DNA from: an uncultured bacterium
GTDB lineage: Bacteria; Chloroflexota; UBA5177; JANWHV01
NCBI GenBank assembly: GCA_963729625.1
Contig: CAVSOU010000010.1
Location: 768,001 to 832,000 of the forward strand
DNA length: 64,000 nt
Reading direction: 5' to 3'
The translations under genes were made by a program, and so were the position numbers. Numbering within the stretch: the first letter of the stretch is position 1; each line of letters opens with the position of its first letter. Of this stretch, positions 47,259 through 58,612 are shown piece after piece. The notes beneath the pieces were generated by a model that worked only from the letters and a program-made list of their open reading frames with translations, did no database searches and was not told where the DNA came from.

Positions 47259-49361
47259 ATGGCTTTGACGACACCACACGTGGGCGAGCAGGCTCCGGCG
47301 CCGCGCGGTCCGCTCGGCGCTGAACGCCGCAAGAGCCGATCGCTCGCCATCTTTGACCGCGCGATTACGCGCCGCGCCGCCGTTGACGCCGCGCGCAAGC
47401 TGGACCCGCGGATACAGCTCCGCAATCCCGTGATGTTCGTCGTCCTGGTGGGCGCGACTGTCACTACCGTGGAGTTCGTGCGATCGCTCTTCGACAGTGC
47501 GCTGAGTGCCGACCGCGGGTTCACGCTGCAGGTCTCAGTCTGGCTGTGGTTCACCGTGCTGTTCGCCAACTTTGCCGAAGCAATGGCCGAGGGACGCGGC
47601 AAGGCTCAGGCCGACACGTTGCGCAAAACGCGCACGGACGCGCAGGCGAAACGGATTTCGGCCAACGGTCAGACGCAGATCGTCTCCGCTACCGAGCTGC
47701 GGCGAGGCGACCTCGTGCTAGTGGAGGCCGGTGACCTGATCCCCGGCGACGGGGAGGTGCTGGAAGGCGTCGCCTCGGTCAACGAGGCGGCAATCACCGG
47801 CGAAAGCGCCCCGGTGATCAAGGAGCCGGGCACGGACATCCGATCATCGGTCACGGGCGGTACGACCATTGTCAGCGATCGCCTGACGATCCGCATCACC
47901 GCGAACCCGGGCGAGACGTTCATCGACCGCATGATTGCCCTGGTGGAAGGCGCCAGCCGCCAGAAGACCCCCAACGAGATCGCCCTGAACATCCTCCTCG
48001 CCTCGCTGACGATCATCTTCCTGCTGGCCGTCTATACGCTGCAGCCTTTCGCCATCTACTCCGGCAGTGCCGTGGCCGTGACCACCCTCGTGGCGCTTCT
48101 GGTCTGCCTGATTCCCACTACCATCGGCGGCCTGCTCAGTGCGATCGGCATTGCCGGCATGGATCGGTTGGTGCAGTTCAACGTGCTGGCCATGAGCGGC
48201 CGCGCGGTGGAAGCCGCGGGCGACGTGGACACATTGCTGCTCGATAAGACCGGCACGATTACTTTCGGCAACCGCCTGGCCTCCGAGTTCTTCGCGGTGG
48301 GCGGCCACAGCCAGGAAGAACTGATCGAGGCGGCCCTGCAGTCAAGCCTGGCGGACGACACGCCCGAAGGCAAGAGCGTTGTGGCCCTGGCCGAGCAATT
48401 CGGCGCCAAGTCCGGCAGCGTCGTGTTGCAGGGCGCGGAGCTGGTGCCGTTTACGGCCGAAACGCGCATGAGCGGCGTCCGCCAAAACGGGCACCAGACC
48501 ATGAAGGGCGCAGTCGATGCAATTCGGCGGATCGTACCCGCCGCGCCGCCCGAGCTGACCTCCGTCGCCGACCGTATCGCGGGCGAGGGCGGCACGCCGC
48601 TTGCCGTCGCCCGCGACGGCGAAGTCCTTGGCGTGATCTATCTGAAGGACACCGTCAAGCCCGGGATGCGCGAGCGCTTCGATGAGTTGCGACGCATGGG
48701 CATCCGCACGATCATGGTCACGGGCGACAACAAGCTCACTGCGGCGACCATCGCCAGGGAGGCTGGGGTCGACGACTTCGAGGCGGAGAGCAAGCCTGAG
48801 GACAAGATCGGGCTGATCCGGCGCGAGCAGGCCGAAGGCAAGCTGGTGGCTATGACCGGCGACGGCACGAACGACGCCCCAGCTTTGGCACAGGCCGACG
48901 TAGGCGTAGCCATGAACACCGGGACACAGGCGGCCAAGGAAGCCGGCAATATGGTTGATCTGGACAGCAACCCCACCAAGCTGATTGAGATCGTGGCCAT
49001 CGGCAAGCAGCTGCTGATAACGCGGGGCGCTCTGACCACCTTCTCGATCGCCAATGATGTCGCCAAGTACTTCGCCATTCTGCCTGCGATGTTCAGCAAA
49101 CAGTTCCCCCAGCTGAGCGCCCTCAACGTCATGAAGCTGTCGACTCCGCACTCCGCCGTCCTCTCCGCTGTCATCTTCAATGCCCTGATCATCGTGGCCC
49201 TGATCCCACTGGCGCTGCGAGGTGTCAAGTACCGGCCCCAGGGCGCGGCACAGATTCTGCGCCGAAATCTGCTGATTTACGGCCTCGGCGGCATAGTCCT
49301 GCCGTTCCCAGGTATCAAATGTTGCGACCTGGTGCTCACCGGGCTGCATCTGACGCTGTGA
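47259..49361 (+). CDS. kdpB: K+-transporting ATPase subunit B
   Basis: [30 protein letters not shown]. Confidence 0.97.
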   Translation: MALTTPHVGEQAPAPRGPLGAERRKSRSLAIFDRAITRRAAVDAARKLDPRIQLRNPVMFVVLVGATVTTVEFVRSLFDSALSADRGFTLQVSVWLWFTVLFANFAEAMAEGRGKAQADTLRKTRTDAQAKRISANGQTQIVSATELRRGDLVLVEAGDLIPGDGEVLEGVASVNEAAITGESAPVIKEPGTDIRSSVTGGTTIVSDRLTIRITANPGETFIDRMIALVEGASRQKTPNEIALNILLASLTIIFLLAVYTLQPFAIYSGSAVAVTTLVALLVCLIPTTIGGLLSAIGIAGMDRLVQFNVLAMSGRAVEAAGDVDTLLLDKTGTITFGNRLASEFFAVGGHSQEELIEAALQSSLADDTPEGKSVVALAEQFGAKSGSVVLQGAELVPFTAETRMSGVRQNGHQTMKGAVDAIRRIVPAAPPELTSVADRIAGEGGTPLAVARDGEVLGVIYLKDTVKPGMRERFDELRRMGIRTIMVTGDNKLTAATIAREAGVDDFEAESKPEDKIGLIRREQAEGKLVAMTGDGTNDAPALAQADVGVAMNTGTQAAKEAGNMVDLDSNPTKLIEIVAIGKQLLITRGALTTFSIANDVAKYFAILPAMFSKQFPQLSALNVMKLSTPHSAVLSAVIFNALIIVALIPLALRGVKYRPQGAAQILRRNLLIYGLGGIVLPFPGIKCCDLVLTGLHLTL

Positions 49362-49374
49362 GGTGGTGAAAGTC

Positions 49375-50016
49375 ATGGGTACCGTATCAACAACATTGGA
49401 GCCGGCGCCTGGATCCGTTCATCTAGCGAAGACCTCAATCGGAGCTTCGATCCGCACCGGAATCGTTATGACGCTCGTGCTGACCATCATCGTCGGCGTG
49501 GTCTATCCGTTTTTCGTGACTGGAGCGGCCCAGGTGCTGTTCCACGACCAGGCCAACGGATCGCTGATCGAGGGACCGAATGGGCAGGTCGTCGGATCGT
49601 CGCTGATCGGTCAGAACTTTACACAGCCGCGGTATTTCCATCCGCGCGCGTCCGCCGCCGGCGCCGGCTACGATGCCAGTAGCTCGTCCGGCACGAATCT
49701 GGGTCCAACGAGCACCTACCTGCTTACTACTACAGTCAAGCTCGCGGCACAGCTTCGCGCGGAGAACAATCTGCCGCCAAGCTACGTCCTGCCTGCGGAC
49801 GCGGTTTCGACGTCGGCCAGCGGCCTCGATCCTGACATCAGCCCCGCGTACGCTGATCTGCAGGTTCCGCGCGTGGCCAGCGCGCGCGGCCTCTCGCAGG
49901 TGCAAGTGCGAAACCTGGTGCAACAGTACACGAGCGGCCGCGATCTGGGTGTACTGGGCGAGCCGCGCGTGAACGTGCTGCAGCTCAATCTGGCCCTGGA
50001 TCGCGTCAAGAAATAG
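49375..50016 (+). CDS. kdpC: K+-transporting ATPase subunit C
   Basis: QANGSLI, GSSLIGQNF, SASGLDPDIS, GEPRVNVLQLNLALD. Confidence 0.96.
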   Translation: MGTVSTTLEPAPGSVHLAKTSIGASIRTGIVMTLVLTIIVGVVYPFFVTGAAQVLFHDQANGSLIEGPNGQVVGSSLIGQNFTQPRYFHPRASAAGAGYDASSSSGTNLGPTSTYLLTTTVKLAAQLRAENNLPPSYVLPADAVSTSASGLDPDISPAYADLQVPRVASARGLSQVQVRNLVQQYTSGRDLGVLGEPRVNVLQLNLALDRVKK

Positions 50017-50236
50017 CGAGATCCACTGTGCAACGCAGCAGGATCGGCATTTCCGGCGTTGCGCGTTCCGAGGTAACGTACTAGGGTAAAGCGGACACCT
50101 TATTGGGCCTGGCGTCCGTGAGGAGCATCGGCATCGTTCCATGCGCACCGGTGCTGATGCCGGCGCGACACACCCGCCGGCATCGGCGATGACTGCGCAT
50201 CAAGCAGGAGAGAAGCGCGACACATGTACGGCCAGT

Positions 50237-51412
50237 ATGGCTAAAGAGCGAGAACTTGAGCGACCCGACCCGGACGAGCTCCTCGCGCGCATAAAGGCTG
50301 ACGAGCAACCGGCAAAGGGCAGGTTGCGCATCTATCTTGGCGCCGCTCCTGGGGTGGGTAAGACGTTCGCCATGCTGCAGGAGGCCCATCGCCGCAAGGA
50401 GCGCGGCACTGACGTCGTGATCGGCTTCGTGGAAACACACGGACGCGCGCATACCGCCGAGCAGATCGTCGGCTTGGAAGTAGTGCCGCCACGCGAAGTG
50501 CCCTATAAGGGCGTGATCGTGCGCGAGATGGACACCGATGCGGTCATCGCCCGCCATCCGCGAGTGGCGCTTGTCGACGAGCTGGCGCACACGAATGTGG
50601 CGGGCTCTCGGCATGAGAAGCGCTACGAGGACGTGCAGGATCTGCGCAATGCCGGCATTACCGTCCTCTCGACGGTGAACATCCAGCACATTGAGAGCCT
50701 CAACGACGTCGTGCGACAGGTCACGGGTGTGAGCGTACACGAGACTGTGCCGGATTGGGTAATCGAAGAGGCAGACCAGGTAGAGCTGATCGACATGACA
50801 CCGGAGGCGCTCATCCAGCGGATGCGACACGGCAACATCTACCCTCCCGAACAGGCAAAGCGCGCTCTGGACAATTTTTTCACGGGTGCCAACCTGATGG
50901 CACTGCGAGATCTTGCGCTTCGCGCCACGGCAAAAGGCGTGGAAGAGCACCTCAGCCGCTACATGCACGGCCGCGACGATCATGGTCCGCATGCGGCAGT
51001 GACAGACCGTATTCTGGTGGCGGCAGACCACCAGCCAGGCGCCAAGACCGTAATACGCCGAGGCTGGCGAATTGCCTCGGCACTCAAAGCCAACCTCGTG
51101 GTCGTCTATGTGGAGCCCGAGCGCGGGCCACGCGGCGCGCAGACCATCGAAGATGAGCGTCACCTGCGCGCCAATCTGCAGCTGGCCGACGAACTGGGCG
51201 CGCAGGTAGTCCGTCTCAGGGGAAAGGTCTCTGACCAGCTGGTCGCTTATGCGAGCGCGAACAATGCAACGGAAATCGTGATCGGACAGTCCAGGCGAGG
51301 TCGCTGGTCAGAGTTCATCCATGGCTCCGTGACGCATGACCTGCTGCGCAACTTGCACGGAATCGACGTGCGCGTGGTCGCCGAGCCCGCAAAGACATCG
51401 CGCCGTGAGTAG
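50237..51412 (+). CDS. kdpD: KdpD N-terminal cytoplasmic part (KdpD domain plus USP domain) as a separate gene
   Basis: IYLGAAPGVGKT, VDELAHTN, NIQHIESLND, then a USP-like region; stops before any TM segment. Confidence 0.9.
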   Translation: MAKERELERPDPDELLARIKADEQPAKGRLRIYLGAAPGVGKTFAMLQEAHRRKERGTDVVIGFVETHGRAHTAEQIVGLEVVPPREVPYKGVIVREMDTDAVIARHPRVALVDELAHTNVAGSRHEKRYEDVQDLRNAGITVLSTVNIQHIESLNDVVRQVTGVSVHETVPDWVIEEADQVELIDMTPEALIQRMRHGNIYPPEQAKRALDNFFTGANLMALRDLALRATAKGVEEHLSRYMHGRDDHGPHAAVTDRILVAADHQPGAKTVIRRGWRIASALKANLVVVYVEPERGPRGAQTIEDERHLRANLQLADELGAQVVRLRGKVSDQLVAYASANNATEIVIGQSRRGRWSEFIHGSVTHDLLRNLHGIDVRVVAEPAKTSRRE

Positions 51413-51494
51413 TGTGTTCGTGCGGCGGGGCAATGCGCCTCGAGACGCGAGTCCCCAAGGCTCGTCGCCGAGTTCGGCCTATACTGGTTAATGC

Positions 51495-53171
51495 ATGAAA
51501 GCTCTTGAGCGCAAGCTTCGCCGGTTCCCGCGTTTTGACATGCGGGTCCAGCGCCCTCGCGCGGCGGGCGGCGCCGGCCTCGTGCTTGTTTGCATGCTCG
51601 TACCGCTCTTGAGCGCCCTGGACGGCGCCAATGGCCCGCTTGGCCAGAGCATTCCCCTTCTCTTTCTCGTCCCGGTGCTCCTGGCCTCCGCTGCGGGAGG
51701 ACGCGCCGCGGGCTCGGTGGTCGCCTGCGTAGCCGTTGTTGCCTGGGATTGGTTCTTCATACCGCCCGTGCACCGCGTCACTATCGCAACGCCGCGCGAT
51801 GCAGTCGCCCTGTTGGTATTTCTGCTTGTCGCGCTGCTGGTGAGCGAGCTCGCCACCATTGTGCGCAAACGAACCAGCGAAGTGGTACGGAGAGCCAGCC
51901 TGTCGGATGCCCTCTATGACCTGAGTATGGCGCTGATCGGGCGGCGCGCGCCGCTCGATCAGCTCAGCCCGCTCACCGCGCGCCTGAGCGCGGCGTTCGA
52001 TCTGGAGGCGTGCGCGGTTCTCATGCCGGATCAGTGGGGACGTTGGCAGACTATCTCCGCCAGCGGTCGACTGCCCGACGAGCTTCGAGCGGAGCAGAAC
52101 CGAAATGTCGCTGCCGTGGCGACGCAGGTGCACGAGCACGGGCACGAAGGCTGGCTGGGCGACGTGGATGTCGCGCGCGCGCGGCGAGACAGGGTGCGGA
52201 GGCCGCGCGCGGGTCACGAGCGGGTCCGCTTCATTCCCCTCCGCGTGGGCGATCGCCCGGTTGGCGTGCTGGAGCTGCTGCTGCACGCAGCTGAGTCGGT
52301 CGACGTCGAGCGCGAGCAGCTCCTGGCCACCTTCGCCAACGGGGCGGCGATCGCGCTGGAACAGGCGCGTCTGGCAAGCGAGGAGCAGGCGGCGGCCATA
52401 GCGCGCGAAAGCGACCGGCTCAAGAGTGCGCTGCTCTCGTCAGTGTCGCACGACCTGCGGACACCGCTCGCAGGTATCAAGGCCGCGGCAAGCTCGCTGC
52501 TGGAGGACGACGTCGAATGGAGCGACGAGGACAGGCACGCATTCGCCGCCGAAATCAACGCCGAAGCCGACCGTTTGACGCGCCTGGTGTCCAACCTGCT
52601 CGACCTGTCACGCATTGAAGCAGGCGCCATGCGGCCTCTGAAGGAATGGGAGGACCTGGCGGCGCTCGTCGACAGGGTAGTGAACCGACTGCGTCCTCAC
52701 CTGGCTGACCACCCGATCGCATGCACCGTTGACGACAATCTGCCACTGGTCGACCTGGATGCCGTGCAAATCGAGCAGGTGCTGACAAATCTGCTGGAAA
52801 ACGCGGGCAAGTATGCACCTGAAGGCTCGCCGATAACGGTCACAGTTGAGGCGCACACGCTGGACGACCGCTCACGGCGCTTGCACCTCACCGTGCAGGA
52901 TCGAGGCCCAGGTATTCCGCCCTCGGAGAGGGATCGAATATTCGACAAGTTCTATCGTTTGTCCGGGCCAGGGGCCGGGGCAGCCGGTACCGGTATGGGT
53001 CTGGCCATCGTCAAAGGCCTGGTTGAAGCGCACGGCGGCCGCGTATGGGTCGAGAGCGCGCCGGATGGGGGCAGCCGTTTTGTTGTGGAGCTACCGATGG
53101 ACAGACAGTCTTCGGGGCATGAAGGGCTTGGGCCGAAGCAAGCGGTGGCCGGCGCGGCGCAGAGTGCCTGA
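51495..53171 (+). CDS. KdpD membrane, GAF and histidine kinase part
   Basis: WDWFFIPP TM region, SVSHDLRTPL, NLLENAGKY, DRGPG, GTGMGLAI; start uncertain. Confidence 0.9.
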   Translation: MKALERKLRRFPRFDMRVQRPRAAGGAGLVLVCMLVPLLSALDGANGPLGQSIPLLFLVPVLLASAAGGRAAGSVVACVAVVAWDWFFIPPVHRVTIATPRDAVALLVFLLVALLVSELATIVRKRTSEVVRRASLSDALYDLSMALIGRRAPLDQLSPLTARLSAAFDLEACAVLMPDQWGRWQTISASGRLPDELRAEQNRNVAAVATQVHEHGHEGWLGDVDVARARRDRVRRPRAGHERVRFIPLRVGDRPVGVLELLLHAAESVDVEREQLLATFANGAAIALEQARLASEEQAAAIARESDRLKSALLSSVSHDLRTPLAGIKAAASSLLEDDVEWSDEDRHAFAAEINAEADRLTRLVSNLLDLSRIEAGAMRPLKEWEDLAALVDRVVNRLRPHLADHPIACTVDDNLPLVDLDAVQIEQVLTNLLENAGKYAPEGSPITVTVEAHTLDDRSRRLHLTVQDRGPGIPPSERDRIFDKFYRLSGPGAGAAGTGMGLAIVKGLVEAHGGRVWVESAPDGGSRFVVELPMDRQSSGHEGLGPKQAVAGAAQSA

Positions 53172-53188
53172 ATAGTTCCGGTCGGAGG

Positions 53189-53929
53189 TTGAACGTGGCA
53201 CGCATCCTCGTGGTGGACGACGATCCGGCCATCCGCCGCACGCTGTACACCAACCTCTTTGCGCGAGGCTACGATGTGGTCGCCGCGGAGACTGGTGAGG
53301 AAGCGGTGCACTATGCCCGCGAGAGTGTGCCGGACCTAGTCGTGCTTGACCTCATGTTGCCGGGGCTCTCGGGCCTCCAGGTGTGCGAGATTCTACGGTC
53401 CGAACTGGCGTCGCCGATTCTCGTGCTTTCCGCACACGGCGAAGAACACCTCAAGGTCCGCGCGCTCGACCTCGGAGCAGACGACTATCTGACGAAGCCG
53501 TTCGGCATGGGCGAATTGCTCGCTCGGGTAAGGGCGCTGCTGCGCCGCCAGCAAAGTGAGCCCGACAAGCCACGGGCGCTCGTTGTCGGCGATCTCGAAG
53601 TGGATCTCGACGCCCGCCGTGCGACGTGGCGCGGGGCTGAGCTGGATCTGACCCGGCGCGAGCTGGAGATACTGGCCTATATGATGCGCCGTCCGGGCCA
53701 GGTGGTGACACACCGCATGCTGCTTGAGGCCATCTGGGGTCCCGAATACGAGGCGGAGACCCATTATGTCCGCGTGTTCATGAACCGCCTGCGCGGGAAG
53801 ATCGAGGCTGATCCGTCGCACCCGAGCGTACTCGTGACGGTGTCTGGGGTCGGCTATCGTCTCGAACTCGCTGCCGCCGAGCATGGCAATTCGCCGGCTG
53901 AGCCTGCCGGCGACGCGCCAGGCAGCTAG
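53189..53929 (+). CDS. kdpE: OmpR-family response regulator KdpE
   Basis: ILVVDDD, LDLMLP, GADDYLTKPF, IWGPEY, LRGKIEADPSHP. Confidence 0.88.
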   Translation: MNVARILVVDDDPAIRRTLYTNLFARGYDVVAAETGEEAVHYARESVPDLVVLDLMLPGLSGLQVCEILRSELASPILVLSAHGEEHLKVRALDLGADDYLTKPFGMGELLARVRALLRRQQSEPDKPRALVVGDLEVDLDARRATWRGAELDLTRRELEILAYMMRRPGQVVTHRMLLEAIWGPEYEAETHYVRVFMNRLRGKIEADPSHPSVLVTVSGVGYRLELAAAEHGNSPAEPAGDAPGS

Positions 53930-53997
53930 GCTGGCGGAAATAGCCAAGATCGCGGAGGATCGCGGCGAGAGATGTTGATCAACGTGTAAGGTGCGAC

Positions 53998-54399
53998 ATG
54001 GCCGATTCAATCTTGATTATCGAGGACGATCCCACGTTGTTGCGCGCCATCTGTCGCAACCTTTCGGTGCGCGGCTATGACGCGCGGGGCGCCACCACCG
54101 TAGCGGAAGCCCTTGCTGCTATCCGGCAAGACATCCCGGCCGTGATCGTGGCCGACATCGATCTGCCGGATGGATCGGGCTGGGAGGTATTGCGCGCCGT
54201 GCGCGAGAGCCGGCACGGTGAGGTTGGTATGATCGTCATGTCCGCTCTTCGGCCCAATCAGCGGCTGGCCACCGAGCTCGAAGTGGCAGGAATCCTGGAG
54301 AAGCCATTTCCTATTGATGCACTTCTCCGGCTCGTCGCGGCCCAGATCAGGCCCTCGCCACCACCGCGCGACGATGAGGCGGCAGCAGCGGAGGGCTAA
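53998..54399 (+). CDS. Single-domain response regulator receiver protein
   Basis: ILIIEDD, ADIDLPDGSG, MSA, EKPF. Confidence 0.85.
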   Translation: MADSILIIEDDPTLLRAICRNLSVRGYDARGATTVAEALAAIRQDIPAVIVADIDLPDGSGWEVLRAVRESRHGEVGMIVMSALRPNQRLATELEVAGILEKPFPIDALLRLVAAQIRPSPPPRDDEAAAAEG

Positions 54400-54584
54400 A
54401 GAGGGGCCGCATACACACTTCTTCCGAAGACCTTCCGTGCTGTGCTACCTTAAGATCCGAGCCCGCCCTCCTGCCGGCAGCGCCAGCGGCGAGATCGCCA
54501 ATGGCAACCTGCGAATGCTCAGCCTGGCAGCACCCCGCGGGTCGTGGACAACTTGTGCCATAGCCGAAGGAGCGTCGTCGCAGC

Positions 54585-55649
54585 ATGAACCTTTTCGACC
54601 AGATGCAGATACGTGATGTCGTGATCGCCAATCGCATCTCGATGGCGCCGATGTGCACTTATTCCGCTGACAACGGCGTCGCCAACGACTGGCATGTCCT
54701 CCATTACGGCACTCGTGCCGTGGGCGGCGTTGGTCTGATCTGCGCCGAAGCCACCGCCGTTATCCCCGAGGGCCGCATTACTCCCGGAGACCTCGGACTC
54801 TGGGACGACGACCAGATCCCTCCCCTGAGCCGGGTGACGGCCGTCATCCGTCAGCACGGTGCCGTTGCCGGTATCCAGCTGGCCCACGCAGGGCGTAAGG
54901 CGAGCACGTCACGCCCATGGGATGGAGATCACGCCCTGGAGACGGCGCAAGGTGGCTGGCGGCCGGTCGTAGGGCCGAGTCCCATCCCGTTCGACTCTGA
55001 CCACCCCGTGCCCACGGCGCTCGACGAGGCCGGCATCCAGCGCATCATCGACGCGTTTCGTGCCTCCGCGAGCCGCGCCCTTCAGGCCGGCTTCCAGGTT
55101 GTGCAGGTTCACGCGGCCCACGGCTATTTGCTGCATGAGTTCCTTTCACCGCTGAGCAACCATCGCGAGGATGCGTACGGCGGAACGTTTGAGAATCGCA
55201 CTCGATTGCTTCGTCAAGTTGTCGACGCTATCCGGGAGGTGTGGCCCGCCACCAATCCACTGTTCGTTCGCCTGTCCATCACCGAGTGGCTCGACGCGGG
55301 CTGGAGCGTGGCCGACTCGGTCACGCTGTCCCGTCAGTTGGCGTCACAGGGAGTCGATCTTATCGACTGCTCGTCCGGCGGTAACATTGCCGGAGTACGT
55401 CCGCCACTGGGGCCCGGCTTCCAGACGCCGCTGGCCGTAACGATCAAGCGCGATGCCGGCGTGTCGACCGCGGCGGTAGGCATGATCACCGCGCCTGCCC
55501 AGGCGGACCATATTGTTCGGACTGGCCAGGCCGACATGGTCTCCCTCGGGCGCGAGTTGTTGCGCGACCCGTACTGGACTCTGCACGCCGCAAAGGTGCT
55601 TGGGCAGGAAGCACGCTGGCCCAAGCAATACATGAGCGTGCGAGCCTGA
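54585..55649 (+). CDS. NADH:flavin oxidoreductase/old yellow enzyme (NamA/YqjM-like)
   Basis: MAPMCTYS, IQLAHAGRKAS, HAAHGYLLHEFLSP, GRELLRDPYW. Confidence 0.93.
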   Translation: MNLFDQMQIRDVVIANRISMAPMCTYSADNGVANDWHVLHYGTRAVGGVGLICAEATAVIPEGRITPGDLGLWDDDQIPPLSRVTAVIRQHGAVAGIQLAHAGRKASTSRPWDGDHALETAQGGWRPVVGPSPIPFDSDHPVPTALDEAGIQRIIDAFRASASRALQAGFQVVQVHAAHGYLLHEFLSPLSNHREDAYGGTFENRTRLLRQVVDAIREVWPATNPLFVRLSITEWLDAGWSVADSVTLSRQLASQGVDLIDCSSGGNIAGVRPPLGPGFQTPLAVTIKRDAGVSTAAVGMITAPAQADHIVRTGQADMVSLGRELLRDPYWTLHAAKVLGQEARWPKQYMSVRA

Positions 55650-55790
55650 AGCTCGGCACGACACTGCGGAGCACGTGGAGGAGTGTCGCGCCGGCGCGGT
55701 TGGCGTCTCGGGGCGAGCGTACCGCCGTTGACAGGTCCAGGCACCACGTTCAGCGGGCGATATACGCAACTGATGGCGTGGACAGTGGGC

Positions 55791-56477
55791 TCAGACGGCA
55801 GCTACGCTGCGGTCTTCGATCTCCCACGTGTGATCGAGCACGTGCCAGGCGATACGTCTGACAGCGTAGGGCGGTGGCCAGCCTGTCTCTGGCAGTCGCG
55901 CCCACGCATCGGGCGCCTGCAGCGCCCTGATCATGGCATCACGCAAGGCCGCGATAGCAGACGGGTCGTCACGTGACGGCTGCCGAAGCGCGACGCCGAT
56001 CTTTCGCCCGTAGACCGCTTCGGCCCCCAGCACGTGGTCGATCATCTTGTCCCGATCGCGGCCGCCCCCGCGCGGGCCTTTGCGCAGTTCGGCCGGCGCA
56101 GTCGCGATCACCCGTTTGAAGACGACCCAGGACGCTCTTAGGAGCGCGATGTGGTGTTCGGCCGCCTCAGGCGGCCATGGCAGCAAGTCGCTGCTGGCGC
56201 ATAGCCCGGGAACGCCGAAATCGGTGTAGCCCGCGGAGCCGGCCAGTCGCTCCACAATCTTGAAGTCGTTTCGTGGCTGAAGATCGAACGAGATTCCTGC
56301 CTCCCGTGCGACGGTCGCGTAACGCTCGGCGTACCTCGCGAGCGCTTCGAGAGCCTGCTCTTCGGTCTTGCCGGAGCGGCACCACCCGGGCCAGCCCAGT
56401 GCGCACGCGAACACGCGTTTCTGCCCGATCTCAAGGTAGACTGCCGTCAGGTCGCTGGATCGAGGTGGCGTCAACAC
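55791..56477 (-). CDS. Conserved hypothetical protein (HicB-like N-terminus, DinB-like C-terminus)
   Basis: WPGWCRSGKTEEQALEAL; GGGRDRDKMIDHV; RRIAWHVLDHTWEIED. Confidence 0.7.
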   Translation of the reverse strand: MLTPPRSSDLTAVYLEIGQKRVFACALGWPGWCRSGKTEEQALEALARYAERYATVAREAGISFDLQPRNDFKIVERLAGSAGYTDFGVPGLCASSDLLPWPPEAAEHHIALLRASWVVFKRVIATAPAELRKGPRGGGRDRDKMIDHVLGAEAVYGRKIGVALRQPSRDDPSAIAALRDAMIRALQAPDAWARLPETGWPPPYAVRRIAWHVLDHTWEIEDRSVAAV

Positions 56478-56696
56478 GTCGTCCCGCCTTCCATATGAGG
56501 TTCTCGCGTAGCACTTGCGTCACCTTTGCTGTCGTGGGCCGTTAAGCCAGGCTACCACGGATCAGGCTGCTGGGCCACAAACCTGTGCGGCTCCTTCCTT
56601 CGGCCACAGGGGTGGCGCAGATTGACCGCAGCCATTCGTGCCCGAAGTGTTGATTGCCGATTGAGGCGAGCCTCAAAGCCCAGAGGATCTCGGTGG

Positions 56697-57791
56697 TCAG
56701 CGGGCAGCAGCGCTCACCGCCCTCGCCTTAAAGGTTGCGTAGAGTTCCTGCCCCTCACGGCACTGCAGGAATGCCTCGGCCTCAGGCGTGATCTCGGCGA
56801 CCAGCGGCACTGCGCCTTCCGATCCGACTGCCAGGGTCACGCGCACTCGGCCTCCCAAGGGCAAGACCTCTCGCACGCGCCCAAGCAGGGTGTTGCGGGC
56901 CGAGCCGGCCGGCGGCTCGGTGGAGAGAGTGATCTCCCAGGGCCGCAGGCCAAGACTTACGGGCCCAGCCGTCAGGCCCTCGGCAGGCGCGAAGACCTCT
57001 ACGCCACCGGGAACCACGACACGGGCCAGATGGTCGGGCTCGTGCGCCAGCAGTTGGCCCTCCAGGTAGTTGACCCCGGTGAAATCGGCCACGAAACGGG
57101 TGTGGGGGTGTGCGAGCAGGTCGGCGTGGCTGCCGTCCTGCACGACTCGTCCATCGACAAGGATCACGATCCGCTCGCGGAACACCAGAGCGTCCGCGTA
57201 GTCGTGCGTCACCAGCACGGTCGGAATAGCCAGATCTGCCAACACCGAACGGAGCTCGCCGCGCACGCTCGTGCGCGTCTGCACATCCAGTGCCGCCAGG
57301 GGCTCGTCCAGCAGGAGTGCGCTCGGCTCCAGCACCAGAGCACGGGCCAGCGCAACGCGCTGTCTCTGCCCGCCCGACAGCTGCGCCGGGCGTTCGTTCG
57401 CCAGATTGGCCAGACCCAGTCGCTCCAGTGTTGAGCCAACGCGGTTTCGCCGCTCGGCCCGTCTCACTCTGCGAGCCTCCAGGCCGTAGGCCACATTCCG
57501 CTCCACGCTGAGATGGGGAAAGAGTGCGTACTCCTGGAACACTACGCTGATATTGCGCCTGCCCGAGGGCAGGCGGGCGCCCCCTTCTACATCGTCGAGA
57601 GTTCGCTCACCCAGCCGGATCGTCCCGGCATCCGGCGGCGCCAGACCGGCGACGAGCCGCAACAGCGTGCTTTTGCCCGAGCCGCTCGGACCGACAACAG
57701 CGGTTACACCGGGAGCGAATGCGAGATCCACGCTCAAGGTGAAGTCGCGCAGCTGCTTTGTCACGGCGATGTGCAGTGTGGCACTAGGCAT
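56697..57791 (-). CDS. modC: Molybdate ABC transporter ATP-binding protein with TOBE domain
   Basis: GPSGSGKST, LSGGQRQR, LLLDEP, ELYATFKA. Confidence 0.88.
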   Translation of the reverse strand: MPSATLHIAVTKQLRDFTLSVDLAFAPGVTAVVGPSGSGKSTLLRLVAGLAPPDAGTIRLGERTLDDVEGGARLPSGRRNISVVFQEYALFPHLSVERNVAYGLEARRVRRAERRNRVGSTLERLGLANLANERPAQLSGGQRQRVALARALVLEPSALLLDEPLAALDVQTRTSVRGELRSVLADLAIPTVLVTHDYADALVFRERIVILVDGRVVQDGSHADLLAHPHTRFVADFTGVNYLEGQLLAHEPDHLARVVVPGGVEVFAPAEGLTAGPVSLGLRPWEITLSTEPPAGSARNTLLGRVREVLPLGGRVRVTLAVGSEGAVPLVAEITPEAEAFLQCREGQELYATFKARAVSAAAR

Positions 57792-58593
57792 CGATCAACC
57801 GCACTGCCAGTGAGACGACCAGGCTGACCAGCACGAGTACGACTGAGAGCGCGACCGCCCCGTCGAGGTCCCCGCTCTCCAGGCTGAGGTAGACGGCCAG
57901 AGGCATAGTCTGGGTGACGCCCATCAGATTGCCGGCAAACATGATCGTGGCGCCGAACTCGCCCAGTGCCCGCGCCCAGGTGAGCACTGCCCCGCCGACC
58001 AGGCTGGGCAGTGCCATGGGGACAGTGATCCGACGAAAGGTGCCCCAGCTGCCATAGCCCAGGGTAGCGGAGGCATCCTCCAGCACACGGTCCACAGACA
58101 GGAAACCGGCGCGAGCTGCTCGGACATAGAAGGGACAGGACACGAATAGCTGGGCCATCACCACGGCCGGAGTGCTGAAGGCAATATGGATGCCCAGGTT
58201 GTTCAGCGTAGGACCGAGCAGGCCCTGCCGCCCAAAGGCGAGCAGCAAGGCCACGCCGGCCACCGCGGGCGGCACCACGATCGGCAGGTCCACGACGCTG
58301 TCCAGCAGGCGCTTGCCCGGGAAGGAGCCGCGGGCCAGCAGATAGGCCGTCGGCGTTCCCAAGAGCAGCGTCAACAGCAGGGTTACCGCGGTCGTCTCCA
58401 GGCTAAGCGTCAGGGCGCTGGTGGCGGTCGAACTCTGTAGGCTCGCCCATAGCGTGCCCGGCGGCGTCTGAAGCACCAGTGCGGCCAGTGGGAAAGCAAT
58501 GTAGAGCAGCAGCATCGCCGCCAGAAAGACCACCAGCAGGCGCCCGGCCCCGGCGCGAAGACCGGGACCGATGTTGCCGCGTAACGGTCGCAT
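57784..58593 (-). CDS. modB: Molybdate ABC transporter permease
   Basis: DLPIVVPPAVAG, WARALGEFGAT, TQTMPLAVY; start approximate. Confidence 0.92.
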   Translation of the reverse strand: MRPLRGNIGPGLRAGAGRLLVVFLAAMLLLYIAFPLAALVLQTPPGTLWASLQSSTATSALTLSLETTAVTLLLTLLLGTPTAYLLARGSFPGKRLLDSVVDLPIVVPPAVAGVALLLAFGRQGLLGPTLNNLGIHIAFSTPAVVMAQLFVSCPFYVRAARAGFLSVDRVLEDASATLGYGSWGTFRRITVPMALPSLVGGAVLTWARALGEFGATIMFAGNLMGVTQTMPLAVYLSLESGDLDGAVALSVVLVLVSLVVSLAVRLIDA

Positions 58594-58612
58594 CGTGCCT
58601 ACCGGATCGCGG

